Notes: a model not told the origin generated them from the letters alone. 59,458 bases of DNA from Archangium sp. (GCA_031367385.1 JANLPS010000527.1:1-59458); one strand, 5' to 3'; shown: positions 1 through 9,093, numbered from the stretch's first letter. Numbers and translations are program-made.

Positions 1-505
1 CGCGTTGGCGAATTCGTCAGACGCGTTCTTGTTGTTGCGGGCGAAAGAGTTGGGCGTGTCAGACGCGCTGCTGCCGGTGCTGTGGTGCGCGCTGAGCGTG
101 TCGAAGATGGTGTGGTCGGTGCTCGGTGGCGCCTGGAGCGACCGCATGCCCCGCCATCGCTTGGTGCTGATCGGCTGGGGAGTCTACGTGGCGACCTATG
201 TGGCGCTCGGGTTCGCGAATTCAGCGTGGCAGGTGTGGGGGCTCTTCGTGATCTACGGCGCGTTCTACGGTTTCACCGAGCCGGTCGAGAAGGCGCTGAT
301 CAAAGACCTGACGCCCGAGCCGATTCGCGGGCGCGCGTTCGGGGCGTACAACGCGATGCTCGGGCTCTCGTCGGTGCCGGCCGGGTTGTTGACCGGAGCG
401 CTGTGGCAGAACTTCGGAGCGCCGACGGCATTGTGGGTCGGCGCCGGAGTGGCGCTGGTGGCGGCGGTGCTCCTGACTGGCTGGTCACGGGCACGGGCTG
501 CATGA
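1..505 (+). CDS. MFS transporter, C-terminal part (truncated by window start)
   Basis: Several TM helices; GGAWSDRMPR (MFS motif A-like) and PEPIRGRAFG loop motifs. Confidence 0.85.
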   Translation, partial: ALANSSDAFLLLRAKELGVSDALLPVLWCALSVSKMVWSVLGGAWSDRMPRHRLVLIGWGVYVATYVALGFANSAWQVWGLFVIYGAFYGFTEPVEKALIKDLTPEPIRGRAFGAYNAMLGLSSVPAGLLTGALWQNFGAPTALWVGAGVALVAAVLLTGWSRARAA

Positions 506-545
506 GAAAGGGCAACAGGCTTCGGCTCAGCTTGGCTGTGCGCGC

Positions 546-808
546 GTCTCGAATTCAAAGCTGAACGAAGCGCCCAGCCCTCAACGTGACTCCAGTTCAG
601 AAAACGGCTGAAAACGTGGCCCCGTGCACGTGTCGAATTCACACCTGGTTGAATCGCCGAGCCCTGAGGGTGTCTCGAATTCAGAAATGGGCGAAAGTCG
701 AAGCCCTCAGACGTCTCGAATTCACCCGTGAAGTGGAGCCCGACGGCGCGGAGCGTGTCGAATTCAGAATTGGGTGAAGTGCTTGAGCGTGATCTGCAGT
801 CGAATGGC
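546..808. repeat. Degenerate tandem array, 7 units, 42-bp period, core GT(C/G)TCGAATTCA
   Basis: Cores start at 546, 588 (degenerate GACTCCAGTTCA), 630, 672, 713, 755 and 797 (degenerate CAGTCGAATGGC); spacings 42,42,42,41,42,42. Confidence 0.9.
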
Positions 809-939
809 CGAGCACTCGAAGTCGCGCCCGCACAGTTGAGACGACGCATTGGTTCCCGCTCGAATGTTCGACACGATTTCTGCCGCGGCATCTTCTTGAT
901 TTGAATTGAGTTTGTGCGGTTCTCTGAAAAAGAATTTTT

Positions 940-964
940 GGTGTCGCAATCGGTTTTCGACACC
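940..964. promoter_or_regulatory. Inverted dyad GGTGTCGCAA-N5-TTTCGACACC upstream of the 1021 gene
   Basis: 9/10 inverted match; half-site resembles the array core GTGTCGAA; follows an AT-rich tract at about 890-940. Confidence 0.5.
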
Positions 965-1020
965 GCGCGTGTGCATCGATGCGACGCACATCTCGTGCGC
1001 CGCACACACAGAGGCAGCTC

Positions 1021-1770
1021 ATGTCGAAAGGTCAATCGGTCGTCGGTGATGCGTTGTTGTTTCTCGCGAACAGCATTCGTGCGGAGGACGTCGTTCAGCT
1101 CGCGTTCGACCCGCTCCATGCGAAGCGCATCTGCGGAGAGGGTTTGTCGTTTCTCGACAGACACCGTGCCGCGCTGCAGAAAGAACACCCCAACCTCGAT
1201 CTGGCTGAGGTCGACGCGTTGCCTGAGCTGTGCGACCGCATCTCGCGCGCCCAGCGAGAGACCGACAACCTCCGGCGAGAAGAAAACCCAGCGCGCGAAT
1301 TGACTGACGATGCGTTGGAGTGGCGGCGCCGCTTGCTCCCTATGGCCGACTCGCTGGTGGCAAGCCACGCGCTCGATGCATCGATCGTCGATGGAATTCG
1401 TACTGGTCGAGGCGTCGCCAATCACGTGCAAGACGTCATCGACCTGACGCTCGCGCTCGAGCCTCATGAAGCGGTGGTCGCCGCGGCGTTCGGCAAGGGC
1501 GCGCTCGAGAAGGCGCGCAAGGCGGCTGATGCAGCCATCAAGTCGATGGGTGCCAGGTCGCAGTCGAAAACCGAAGCGTCTGTCAGTGCCGACCTGCGCG
1601 ACCGCTACGCGACGATGGTGATTCAGCGGCATGATCGCTTGCGCGTGGTGGTGGCGTTGGTCTCTTCCTTCAAGAAGGCCCAGCGGGTGGTCGCTGGCCT
1701 GCGAGGGGCAGGTCGTCGCAAGGCGAAGACGCTCGTGCCACCGGTGACCGAGCCGGTGATGCCTTCGTAA
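1021..1770 (+). CDS. Hypothetical all-alpha protein with basic C-terminal tail, adjacent to the array
   Basis: GAGG at 1011 before ATG 1021; amphipathic helical pattern; LRDRYATMV..RHDRLR and GRRKAK tail. Confidence 0.8.
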   Translation: MSKGQSVVGDALLFLANSIRAEDVVQLAFDPLHAKRICGEGLSFLDRHRAALQKEHPNLDLAEVDALPELCDRISRAQRETDNLRREENPARELTDDALEWRRRLLPMADSLVASHALDASIVDGIRTGRGVANHVQDVIDLTLALEPHEAVVAAAFGKGALEKARKAADAAIKSMGARSQSKTEASVSADLRDRYATMVIQRHDRLRVVVALVSSFKKAQRVVAGLRGAGRRKAKTLVPPVTEPVMPS

Positions 1771-1783
1771 GGTGACGCGGTAC

Positions 1784-1814
1784 GCCGGCTGGGGCCAGGT
1801 CGAGCCCAGCCGGC
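1784..1814 (+). terminator. GC-rich hairpin after the stop codon (possible terminator, no clear U tract)
   Basis: GCCGGCTGGG (1784-1793) / CCCAGCCGGC (1805-1814), perfect 10-bp stem. Confidence 0.5.
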
Positions 1815-1932
1815 CTGATTCATGTGAAGTTTTCAGTATTTACAAAATCGACCGATGCCTCGCAGGGTCCAGTGAATACGCGCGCGCCGGCTTTCGTCAG
1901 TCGCCAGGCCACCCGCCGACCTGGAGCCCGCC

Positions 1933-3237
1933 ATGTCACACGCCGCGCATTTTCTGACCCGCCTCGAACGCCTCGCCGCGCCCGAAGTCGACCTCGCCCT
2001 GGCGCTCTACCGCGACCCCCGCATCGTCAAAGAGCTCATCTCGACCGTCTGCGTGAGCTCGAGCGACCGCGCTGCCCTGGCGTTGACCGCTGACCCTCAA
2101 GGCCCGCACCTGATTGTTGGCGGCGACGGAGGCTTCATCACCTGCCTTGCGCGCGGCATGGGCCTGAACGGCACCCGACGCATCGAGCGTCGCGAGGTTC
2201 AAGCGGCGCTCAAGAACAAGGCTCTCGTGAGCCTGGGCGATGAGCTTCTGCAGGAGCACCCCGCGCTGCTGACGATGCTCTCGAAACAGGCCGTCATCTC
2301 CCGCGAAGAATTCTCGGTCATTGCCAAATTCCAACCGGCGCTCGAACACCTGGTCGTTGATCAGCTAATCAAAGACGTCGAGAAGACCTTCTCGCTGCGA
2401 GAGCGGTGGGAAGAAGATCGGCTCTCGCTCAAGGGTCTCGAAGCCTACTGGCGTGCGGTGCAGAAGCACGGTCACCTGGCGAGTCTGCTCGGCATGTCGG
2501 GTCGCCGCTTCGATGGGCTCGACCGAGGGGGTGTCGCGAAGGTCTGCAACAGCGTGCAGACCGAAGCCTTCACCCATGGCGCGATGTCGACCTGCGCCCG
2601 TGCGCTCTGGGCCTCGGCCCGCTGGGGGTGGCCGCGCATCGAAGCCCTGCGCAACGCACGAGGCGAGGCGCCCTCCGCGACCCTCGCCATCGGCCGGCTC
2701 TTCGAGGTCGCGGTGTTGGGGTTGTCGCACCCGACCTTCTTCGATGAGGCCCGCACGTGGCTTGGTCTCGACGCCGGCTGCACACCAGCGCGAGCGCGAA
2801 TCGCCCAGGTGCAAAAGGCCTTGCTGGCGATGTTCGACGCACCGCTGGCCGCTCTCCAATCACTCGAAGACGAGGGGCAGCGGCTGATGCGCGCGTACGC
2901 CGTGCGCAGTGATTCACGGTTCGAGGCGCTGCAGTTCGCCATTCTGCAGCCGGCGAACCTCTGGGAGCCCGACTCGCGAGCGTTGACGCGGCTGGCGCAG
3001 GCGCTGCCCTTCATCGCGCATTGCAAAGCCGAGGAGCTGTACCTGCCCGACGCCGTGCTGGAGATGTCGGGTCTTCGGCAGATCAGCTTTGGTGCCATCG
3101 AGGCCAGCCTCACCGCTGTGTGTGCTCAGAACACCGATGAACACCCCCTCGCCCGGCAGCCCCGGTTGGGCCGCAACGAGCCCTGCGGCTGCGGCAGCGG
3201 CAAGAAGCACAAACGGTGCTGCCTCGCGACGGTGTAA
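1933..3237 (+). CDS. SEC-C motif domain-containing protein
   Basis: C-terminal LGRNEPCGCGSGKKHKRCC zinc-binding SEC-C motif; GGAG upstream. Confidence 0.85.
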   Translation: MSHAAHFLTRLERLAAPEVDLALALYRDPRIVKELISTVCVSSSDRAALALTADPQGPHLIVGGDGGFITCLARGMGLNGTRRIERREVQAALKNKALVSLGDELLQEHPALLTMLSKQAVISREEFSVIAKFQPALEHLVVDQLIKDVEKTFSLRERWEEDRLSLKGLEAYWRAVQKHGHLASLLGMSGRRFDGLDRGGVAKVCNSVQTEAFTHGAMSTCARALWASARWGWPRIEALRNARGEAPSATLAIGRLFEVAVLGLSHPTFFDEARTWLGLDAGCTPARARIAQVQKALLAMFDAPLAALQSLEDEGQRLMRAYAVRSDSRFEALQFAILQPANLWEPDSRALTRLAQALPFIAHCKAEELYLPDAVLEMSGLRQISFGAIEASLTAVCAQNTDEHPLARQPRLGRNEPCGCGSGKKHKRCCLATV

Positions 3238-3246
3238 AAGAGAGCC

Positions 3247-4296
3247 ATGAGCGCTCTCCCGGCATGCCCAGCGACGGTTCATGACCCCGAGGGCACGCCC
3301 CGCTTCGGCACCTTCGAAGGAGGCCTCGCCTCGCTGAGCCTCGAGTCGCTGCGAGGCCGTCACCAGCTGGGCCGCGTGGGCAAGCTGCGCAGCCACAAGA
3401 AATGGCTCTACACCTTCGTCGCCACGCCCCAGGTCGCAGTGCTGATGGCGGTGGTCGACTTGAACTACACCTCGAATGCCTTCGTCATGGCGGTCGACCT
3501 GGGCAGCAAGCAGGTGCTGGTCGACGAGAGCTTTCTGGGGCCTCCGCGGCCGCTGACCCGGGTCAATGATCTGCCCAACGAGGGCCTCGACGTGTGGTTT
3601 CGCCGCCCCGGCGCCGACTTCAGTGCGCAGCGCTCCTCGGGAGATCAGCGCTACCACCTGCGCGCCCGCCTCGGCCCTCCGGTGCCGCTCGCCCGGCCGA
3701 CGTTCTCACTCGACGCGGCGCTCCTTACCGCGCGGGCGTCTCCGGCGTTGACGGTCATCGCTCCGGTCGACGGAGGCATCGTCAACGTCACCCAGAAATG
3801 GGCGGGCCTGCTCTCTTTCGGCCAGCTCGAGGCCAACGGGCGCCGCTACATGCTCGACGGCGGAGTCGGCGGCCTCGACTCGACCCATGGCTATCTCGCT
3901 CGAGAGACCGCCTGGCGCTGGGCCTTCGCCTGCGGGCGCCTGCGCGACGGCACGCCCATCGGCATCAACCTGGTCGAAGGCTTCAACGAGACCCGCGACG
4001 ACGTGAGCGAAAACGCGGTCTGGCTCGGCACCGAGCTGTACCCCGTCGGCCGCGCCCGCTTCGAGTGGAACAAGAGCGACCTGCTCGACCGCTGGCACGT
4101 CACCACCACCGATGGCGCGCTCGACCTGCACTTCACGCCGATCGCCGTGCACCGTGAAGAGCGAGACCTGAAACTGGTCGCCAGTCACTTCGCACAACCC
4201 CTCGGGCTCTGGCACGGCACCGTCACGCTCAACGGCGTCACCCATGAAATTCACGACGTGCCCGGGGTCACCGAAGATCAGGCCGTGCGCTGGTAG
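3247..4296 (+). CDS. DUF2804-family protein
   Basis: HKKWLY, LDSTHGYLARETAWRWA, ENAVW and HFAQPLG..GVTEDQAVRW resemble DUF2804. Confidence 0.75.
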   Translation: MSALPACPATVHDPEGTPRFGTFEGGLASLSLESLRGRHQLGRVGKLRSHKKWLYTFVATPQVAVLMAVVDLNYTSNAFVMAVDLGSKQVLVDESFLGPPRPLTRVNDLPNEGLDVWFRRPGADFSAQRSSGDQRYHLRARLGPPVPLARPTFSLDAALLTARASPALTVIAPVDGGIVNVTQKWAGLLSFGQLEANGRRYMLDGGVGGLDSTHGYLARETAWRWAFACGRLRDGTPIGINLVEGFNETRDDVSENAVWLGTELYPVGRARFEWNKSDLLDRWHVTTTDGALDLHFTPIAVHREERDLKLVASHFAQPLGLWHGTVTLNGVTHEIHDVPGVTEDQAVRW

Positions 4297-4336
4297 CGCT
4301 ATGTGTTTTGCCCACCGGCGGGTAGAAGCCGAAGCC

Positions 4337-4747
4337 ATGCGCCGACTCTTCACCACCGTCTTGGTTCTTGGGCTCTCCACCGGCTGCGCCCTTCGGCCGC
4401 GGTATCGCGACTTCGTCTCTGAGACGACCCCCGGGCCCACCACCAAGCTCGTGCTTCGTCAGAAAGACAGCGACACCACGCTGGGCAACGTGAAGCTCGA
4501 GATGAGCGAGTGGAAGAACAAGGTCTTCGTGACCACCGCGGCCGACGGCACCTTCGCGCTGCCGGTCGAGAAGAAGTACCTCGATGAGAACCCCGTCTTG
4601 GTGGTGCTGCTCCCCGCCGGTGTGCCTGGGTACCAAATTGACCCGGCGCCGCCCGGCGCGGTCGCACCTGCGCCTACCTCGATGCCCGAAGTACCCGCGA
4701 AAATCGACGCCCCCGCCTCTACGGCGTCGCCCATACCGAATAAGTAA
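4337..4747 (+). CDS. Hypothetical lipoprotein
   Basis: MRRLFTTVLVLGLSTG-C lipobox; Pro-rich tail. Confidence 0.7.
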   Translation: MRRLFTTVLVLGLSTGCALRPRYRDFVSETTPGPTTKLVLRQKDSDTTLGNVKLEMSEWKNKVFVTTAADGTFALPVEKKYLDENPVLVVLLPAGVPGYQIDPAPPGAVAPAPTSMPEVPAKIDAPASTASPIPNK

Positions 4748-4770
4748 AAGGAGCCCCCGTCTACACCACC

Positions 4771-5355
4771 ATGATGCGCGCTCTTTTCACCGTCGGTTGT
4801 CTGGTTGCCAGCTCGGCCTTGGCTCAGGTCGAGACGTTTCACGGGTGGTCGAAAGACGGCTCGTACCTGGCCTACCAAGCGCCCGGTAACAACGACCTCA
4901 TCGAGCTGTTTTTCTGCCAGACCGACGCGGCGGTGAACGCGACCTGGCCCGCGAGCTTGAACGAGCTCGAGCGCACCGATGAACGAGGCCTCTCGTGCGT
5001 GCGCCTCATCGACGTGAACAAGGCCCCGTACCAGTGGAAAAACGCGCTCGTGTTGCCCGCGCCGGTGACGCAGAACAACGGCATCGCCGCCCTCTCTGAG
5101 CTCGTCACCGACGGCGAGAGCCCGGGCATCGTGCTCGAAGCCGCTGGCAAGAAGCAGAGCTGCTACGTCTCGGGCCTGCACGAAGATTCGAAGCTGCAGA
5201 AGACCTGGTGGCACCCCAACGGGCACTTTCTCGCCGCGCTCGTCGATGGCCGCTTTCTGCACTGCGTGGTGACCTTGAAGGGCGCCAAGGCCGTACCGCC
5301 CCCGAAACCTGCCCCGCCGATCAAGCCACCGGGCAAGCCGGGCAAGAAGAAGTAG
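4771..5355 (+). CDS. Hypothetical secreted protein
   Basis: Signal peptide ending ALA-Q; AGGAG upstream; Pro/Lys tail. Confidence 0.7.
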   Translation: MMRALFTVGCLVASSALAQVETFHGWSKDGSYLAYQAPGNNDLIELFFCQTDAAVNATWPASLNELERTDERGLSCVRLIDVNKAPYQWKNALVLPAPVTQNNGIAALSELVTDGESPGIVLEAAGKKQSCYVSGLHEDSKLQKTWWHPNGHFLAALVDGRFLHCVVTLKGAKAVPPPKPAPPIKPPGKPGKKK

Positions 5356-5623
5356 CCCACGCCCCGCGTTCGCAAACTCTCAAAAGTGATCTGACCTGCG
5401 GCCGAACACGGCACGCCACGTCACTTCAAACGCCAAATATTCGTGGAAACCGTCTCGAATTCTCGGCGCTTGAGAATTCGACGGCCGATCTGACGGCGCG
5501 TGTCGAAAAAGAAACAGAAACGCTCTGGCCCCCTTCCGTCGCGAACGACGAGTGGCGTATATCCCGCGCGCACTTGAACGCAGGTCCTCACACATTCGCA
5601 GCACTTTCCGCAGTGGAGAACAC

Positions 5624-7933
5624 ATGAACTGGACTCAAAAAGTCGCAGCATTCGCAATGGGAACGATGGCCCTGGTGGGCGGAGCGGGTTGCGGCGACGC
5701 GACTGCGACGACCTCACCTGACGAGACGGCTTCGACCACCAAGCCGAAAGACCCGCTTGCCACTGGGTCGAGCTTCGCCGCGCTGACCCGCGACGTGAGC
5801 GCCGACATCATCGGCCAGCGCGAGCGCGCTTTGGTTGCGTCGGGTGCGAACAAGGCCAAGGTTGACTCGAGCTCGAGCTTCTATTTGGCGATCAGCAAGA
5901 AATCGATGACCCAGAAATGGTTCTTGTCGACCTACATCACCCAGTTCTTCCCGGGCGCAGTCTCGGGCGGCGCGGCCCGCTCGATGGGCACCCGCGTGGT
6001 CAGCTTTCAGGTTCAGAACGGCAAGCTCTTCATGTTCGACGCCAGCTCGAACAACGCGACCTCGGGCACGTTCAACCCGCAGGTGTTGCTCGACGCGTAC
6101 CCGATTGTCACTGACAACGCGGCGTTCAACGCCTCGGCCAACGCGAAAGACTACGTCATCTTCGACCCCTCGTCGGGCCTGAACAAGTTCAACTTGTTCA
6201 CCGACTGGTTCGGCGGCGCGGCGTTGCCGATGAACATCGACGTCAGCTTCTTGCAGAACTTCCGCTCCATCAGCGATGGCGCGACCTGGGAGCAAGTCTT
6301 CACCGGCACCAGCAACGTCGCGATCAGCGACGGCACCGTCGACGGCAACGTGCTCCGCGCCTCGGGCACCTTGGGCATGTCGCTGCGTCACTACACCGAA
6401 GGCACTGGCTTCACCGAGACCGAGCTCCCGAAAGAAGAGTACTTCTTCCGCTCTGATTCGCACCTGGTGCCGAACTCGGGTGGCTCGCTTCAGACCGCCG
6501 CCAAGTGGAACATCTACAAGGGCATGAAGCCCATCACCTGGAAGATCGCGAAGAGCGTTCTCGACGTGCAGAACGACCCGTACTTCGGGCAATACGACAT
6601 CGTCGGCTCGCTCAAGGGCGCCATCGAGAGCTGGAACAAAGTGTTCGGCTTCGAGGCCTTGCGCGCTGAGATCGCGACCGAGACCGACTCGGCCGGCAAC
6701 GACGACACCAACTACGTGCTCTTCGACGAAGACCCGAGCTACGGCGCGGCCTTCGCCAACTGGCGCAGCAACCCCAACACCGGCGAAATTCGCGGCGCGT
6801 CGATCTACTTCAGCTCGCTCTGGCTCTGGGAAGCTGACGGTTCGTTCAGCGATGACCCGGGTCTCGCTCCGTCGGTCAAGGGCACCCGCCCGGCCGCTGG
6901 TGCGGCGATTACCGCTCCCCGCAAGGCTCAGACCACGCCGATGATTGGCTGGCAGCCGATGGCCGAGAAGCCGTTGTGCATGATGTGGGCGCCGCAGTAC
7001 GCCCGTGGTGGCGCAGACGCTGCTGAGCTCGCTGCGGCGAACGCGGCAGTCGGTCACATGGTGGCGGGCTTGACCAAGAAGCAGAAGGTCGAAGCGCTGC
7101 TCCTGCACATTCTCGCGCACGAAGTCGGTCACACCCTCGGTCTGCGTCACAACTTCAAGGGCTCGCTCGTGCCGCCCACCAGCTCGGTGATGGACTACAC
7201 CGGCTACGAAGACGCGGCGATCGCCCCCGGCCCGCAAGCCTACGACGACGTCGTGGTGAAGCTGCTGTACGGCCTCGGCAAAGACCTGCCCACCATGCCG
7301 TTCTGCACTGACGACAGCGTTGGCATCGACCCCGACTGCACCCCCTACGACGTTGGCGCTGACCCGCTGACCGAGACCTACGGCAAGGCGTTCTCGACCG
7401 TGAAGGCCGACTTCTTGTCAGGCAAGAGCGGCACCGCCCCCAACACCACCGCGAACAACCTGCTCAAGTACGTGCGAGCCGGTACGCCTGCCCAGGCCGA
7501 GTACGCGTGGAAGCTCGCGTTCGACGGTATCTCGGCTCCGATCAGCTCGACCTTGCTCTCGTCGAGCCCGGTCTATGGCGCCGCTGCAGACGCGTTGTCG
7601 AAGCGCCTGCTCAACCGCATGTGGATCGATGACCCCACCCTGCGCGGCTCGTTCAAGGCTGACCCGCCCCGCACCGCGTTCATCATGGTGAACTCGCTCA
7701 ACGAGCTCTCGGGCAACCTGAACAACCTCGACGGCGTTCGCTCGTTCGCGAACCGCCGCTCGAACGTCGACATCCTCAAGTACTTCCAAATCGTTCAGGC
7801 GTACCAAATCTTGAGCGATGCGAAGGCGAAGATTGCCTACGACGCGACCAAGTTGAGCGGCCAGCCGTTGTTGCTGACCCAAGACCTGCAAGCCCGCATC
7901 GACGCGGCGATCAGCCCGTACTTCGTGAAGTAA
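5624..7933 (+). CDS. Zinc-dependent metalloprotease lipoprotein (metzincin, EcxA/DUF4953-like)
   Basis: GGAG before ATG 5624; lipobox GAG-C; HEVGHTLGLRH plus Met-turn SVMDY. Confidence 0.88.
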   Translation: MNWTQKVAAFAMGTMALVGGAGCGDATATTSPDETASTTKPKDPLATGSSFAALTRDVSADIIGQRERALVASGANKAKVDSSSSFYLAISKKSMTQKWFLSTYITQFFPGAVSGGAARSMGTRVVSFQVQNGKLFMFDASSNNATSGTFNPQVLLDAYPIVTDNAAFNASANAKDYVIFDPSSGLNKFNLFTDWFGGAALPMNIDVSFLQNFRSISDGATWEQVFTGTSNVAISDGTVDGNVLRASGTLGMSLRHYTEGTGFTETELPKEEYFFRSDSHLVPNSGGSLQTAAKWNIYKGMKPITWKIAKSVLDVQNDPYFGQYDIVGSLKGAIESWNKVFGFEALRAEIATETDSAGNDDTNYVLFDEDPSYGAAFANWRSNPNTGEIRGASIYFSSLWLWEADGSFSDDPGLAPSVKGTRPAAGAAITAPRKAQTTPMIGWQPMAEKPLCMMWAPQYARGGADAAELAAANAAVGHMVAGLTKKQKVEALLLHILAHEVGHTLGLRHNFKGSLVPPTSSVMDYTGYEDAAIAPGPQAYDDVVVKLLYGLGKDLPTMPFCTDDSVGIDPDCTPYDVGADPLTETYGKAFSTVKADFLSGKSGTAPNTTANNLLKYVRAGTPAQAEYAWKLAFDGISAPISSTLLSSSPVYGAAADALSKRLLNRMWIDDPTLRGSFKADPPRTAFIMVNSLNELSGNLNNLDGVRSFANRRSNVDILKYFQIVQAYQILSDAKAKIAYDATKLSGQPLLLTQDLQARIDAAISPYFVK

Positions 7934-7964
7934 TCGCTTCCCCGAAGAAGTCTTCGATGTGAAT

Positions 7965-8011
7965 GATGCGAGTGAAGGGCCCTCAAAAGCCTCTCACTCG
8001 CATCTTTTTTT
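7965..8011 (+). terminator. Rho-independent terminator
   Basis: GATGCGAGTGA (7965-7975) / TCACTCGCATC (7994-8004) followed by T7. Confidence 0.85.
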
Positions 8012-8028
8012 GAGCACTTGAGCGAACC

Positions 8029-9093
8029 ATGACCCTGGGCAAGCGAATCGAAGCTGCGTCCGTCACGGTCGGCTTGTTGAGCCTGTGCATCGCGCTGTTC
8101 ATCGTGGCCGAGCTCAATGGCGATACGCACACCAATGAGACGCTGCTTCGCTTCGGGGGCGTCTGGCGCGGCAAGGTGTGGGAGGGCGAGTATTGGCGTC
8201 TGGTCACCTCGATGTTTCTGCACATCGGCGCCCTTCACCTCGTGTGGAATGTGTTTGGCGGTTTCGGGCTGTGCGCGCAGTTTGAAGAGCGCCTTGGCAA
8301 GGCTCGATTTCTGCTGCTGTATCTGGGCAGCGGCATCGCGGGGTCGGCGCTCTCAATCATCTGTCAAAACGCGGTGAGCGCTGGTGCTTCTGGCGCGATG
8401 TTCGGGTTGATCGGTGGCCAGCTCGCGATCTGGGCGATGGGCGCACGCGACCTGCGCGCGCTGCTGGGGCAGGTTGAATTTCAACGACAGGTGCGAACGA
8501 TTGTCATCTGGTTCGGGGTGGGCGTCATCGCGCACTTCGACAACTACGCGCACTTCGGAGGCATGGTCTTCGGAGCGGCCTTCATCTGGTCGCTCGAGGC
8601 CAGCCCGTGGCGCCGTGGGGTGCCGCTCGTTGCGCTTTTCGCGATCGTGGCGCTGAGTGTTCGGCCATGGCCGATCATTCACCCTGACGCCAGGGCAGGC
8701 CGAGATGCCACCGAAGCGATGCACCGGGGTGACGCTCACGCCGCGCTCGCCGCCGCCAAAGAGCGCCCGGAGCTGCTGCACATTCGCGTCTGGGCGCATA
8801 CGCACCTCAAGGAGCTCGACACCGCGCTCGCCGAGGCTGATCAACTGGTGGCGGTCGACCCACGGTATGCGAGTGGGTTCGAGATGCGCGCGTATCTGCA
8901 TCTGCGTTTGGGCCATTTTCAGCAGGCCGCCGACGACTACACGAAGTACTTCGAGCTCGGCGGCACGAACGCCACTGCCCACGCCGACCGAGCCAAAGCG
9001 TTCAAGATGCTGGGGCGTGTCGAAGACGCCATTGGTGACCTGACCATTGCCGTCTCGATGAGCCGAGACGGCGGGCCGGCCTCCTGCGAGTGA
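8029..9093 (+). CDS. Rhomboid intramembrane serine protease with C-terminal TPR repeats
   Basis: EYWRLVTSMFLH, HLVWN, GASG catalytic Ser, AHFGG catalytic His; TPR-like helices at C-terminus. Confidence 0.9.
   Translation: MTLGKRIEAASVTVGLLSLCIALFIVAELNGDTHTNETLLRFGGVWRGKVWEGEYWRLVTSMFLHIGALHLVWNVFGGFGLCAQFEERLGKARFLLLYLGSGIAGSALSIICQNAVSAGASGAMFGLIGGQLAIWAMGARDLRALLGQVEFQRQVRTIVIWFGVGVIAHFDNYAHFGGMVFGAAFIWSLEASPWRRGVPLVALFAIVALSVRPWPIIHPDARAGRDATEAMHRGDAHAALAAAKERPELLHIRVWAHTHLKELDTALAEADQLVAVDPRYASGFEMRAYLHLRLGHFQQAADDYTKYFELGGTNATAHADRAKAFKMLGRVEDAIGDLTIAVSMSRDGGPASCE

Noticed and set aside
586..777. 63-aa ORF with a partial 14-aa repeat across the array
   Set aside because: No RBS, and the repeat changes frame at the 41-bp unit; a by-product of the DNA repeat.
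546..808. CRISPR or TIGR array interpretation of the 42-bp repeats
   Set aside because: The conserved core is only 12 bp, the interiors are related to one another rather than unique, and no cas or recognisable Nop-domain gene is in the window. Reported instead as an unclassified array.
265..1632. 455-aa minus-strand ORF
   Set aside because: Antisense to two better-supported genes, with no domain-like content.
5552..5567. Possible sigma-54 promoter TGGCGT-N5-CCGC before the metalloprotease gene
   Set aside because: GG-N10-GC spacing fits, but the -12 element lacks TT; too weak in GC-rich DNA.
5714..7237. Long antisense ORFs (also 9569-10987, 27775-28923, 46037-47620, 48376-49578, 58019-59152)
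   Set aside because: Typical shadow ORFs of high-GC codon bias lying opposite motif-supported genes.
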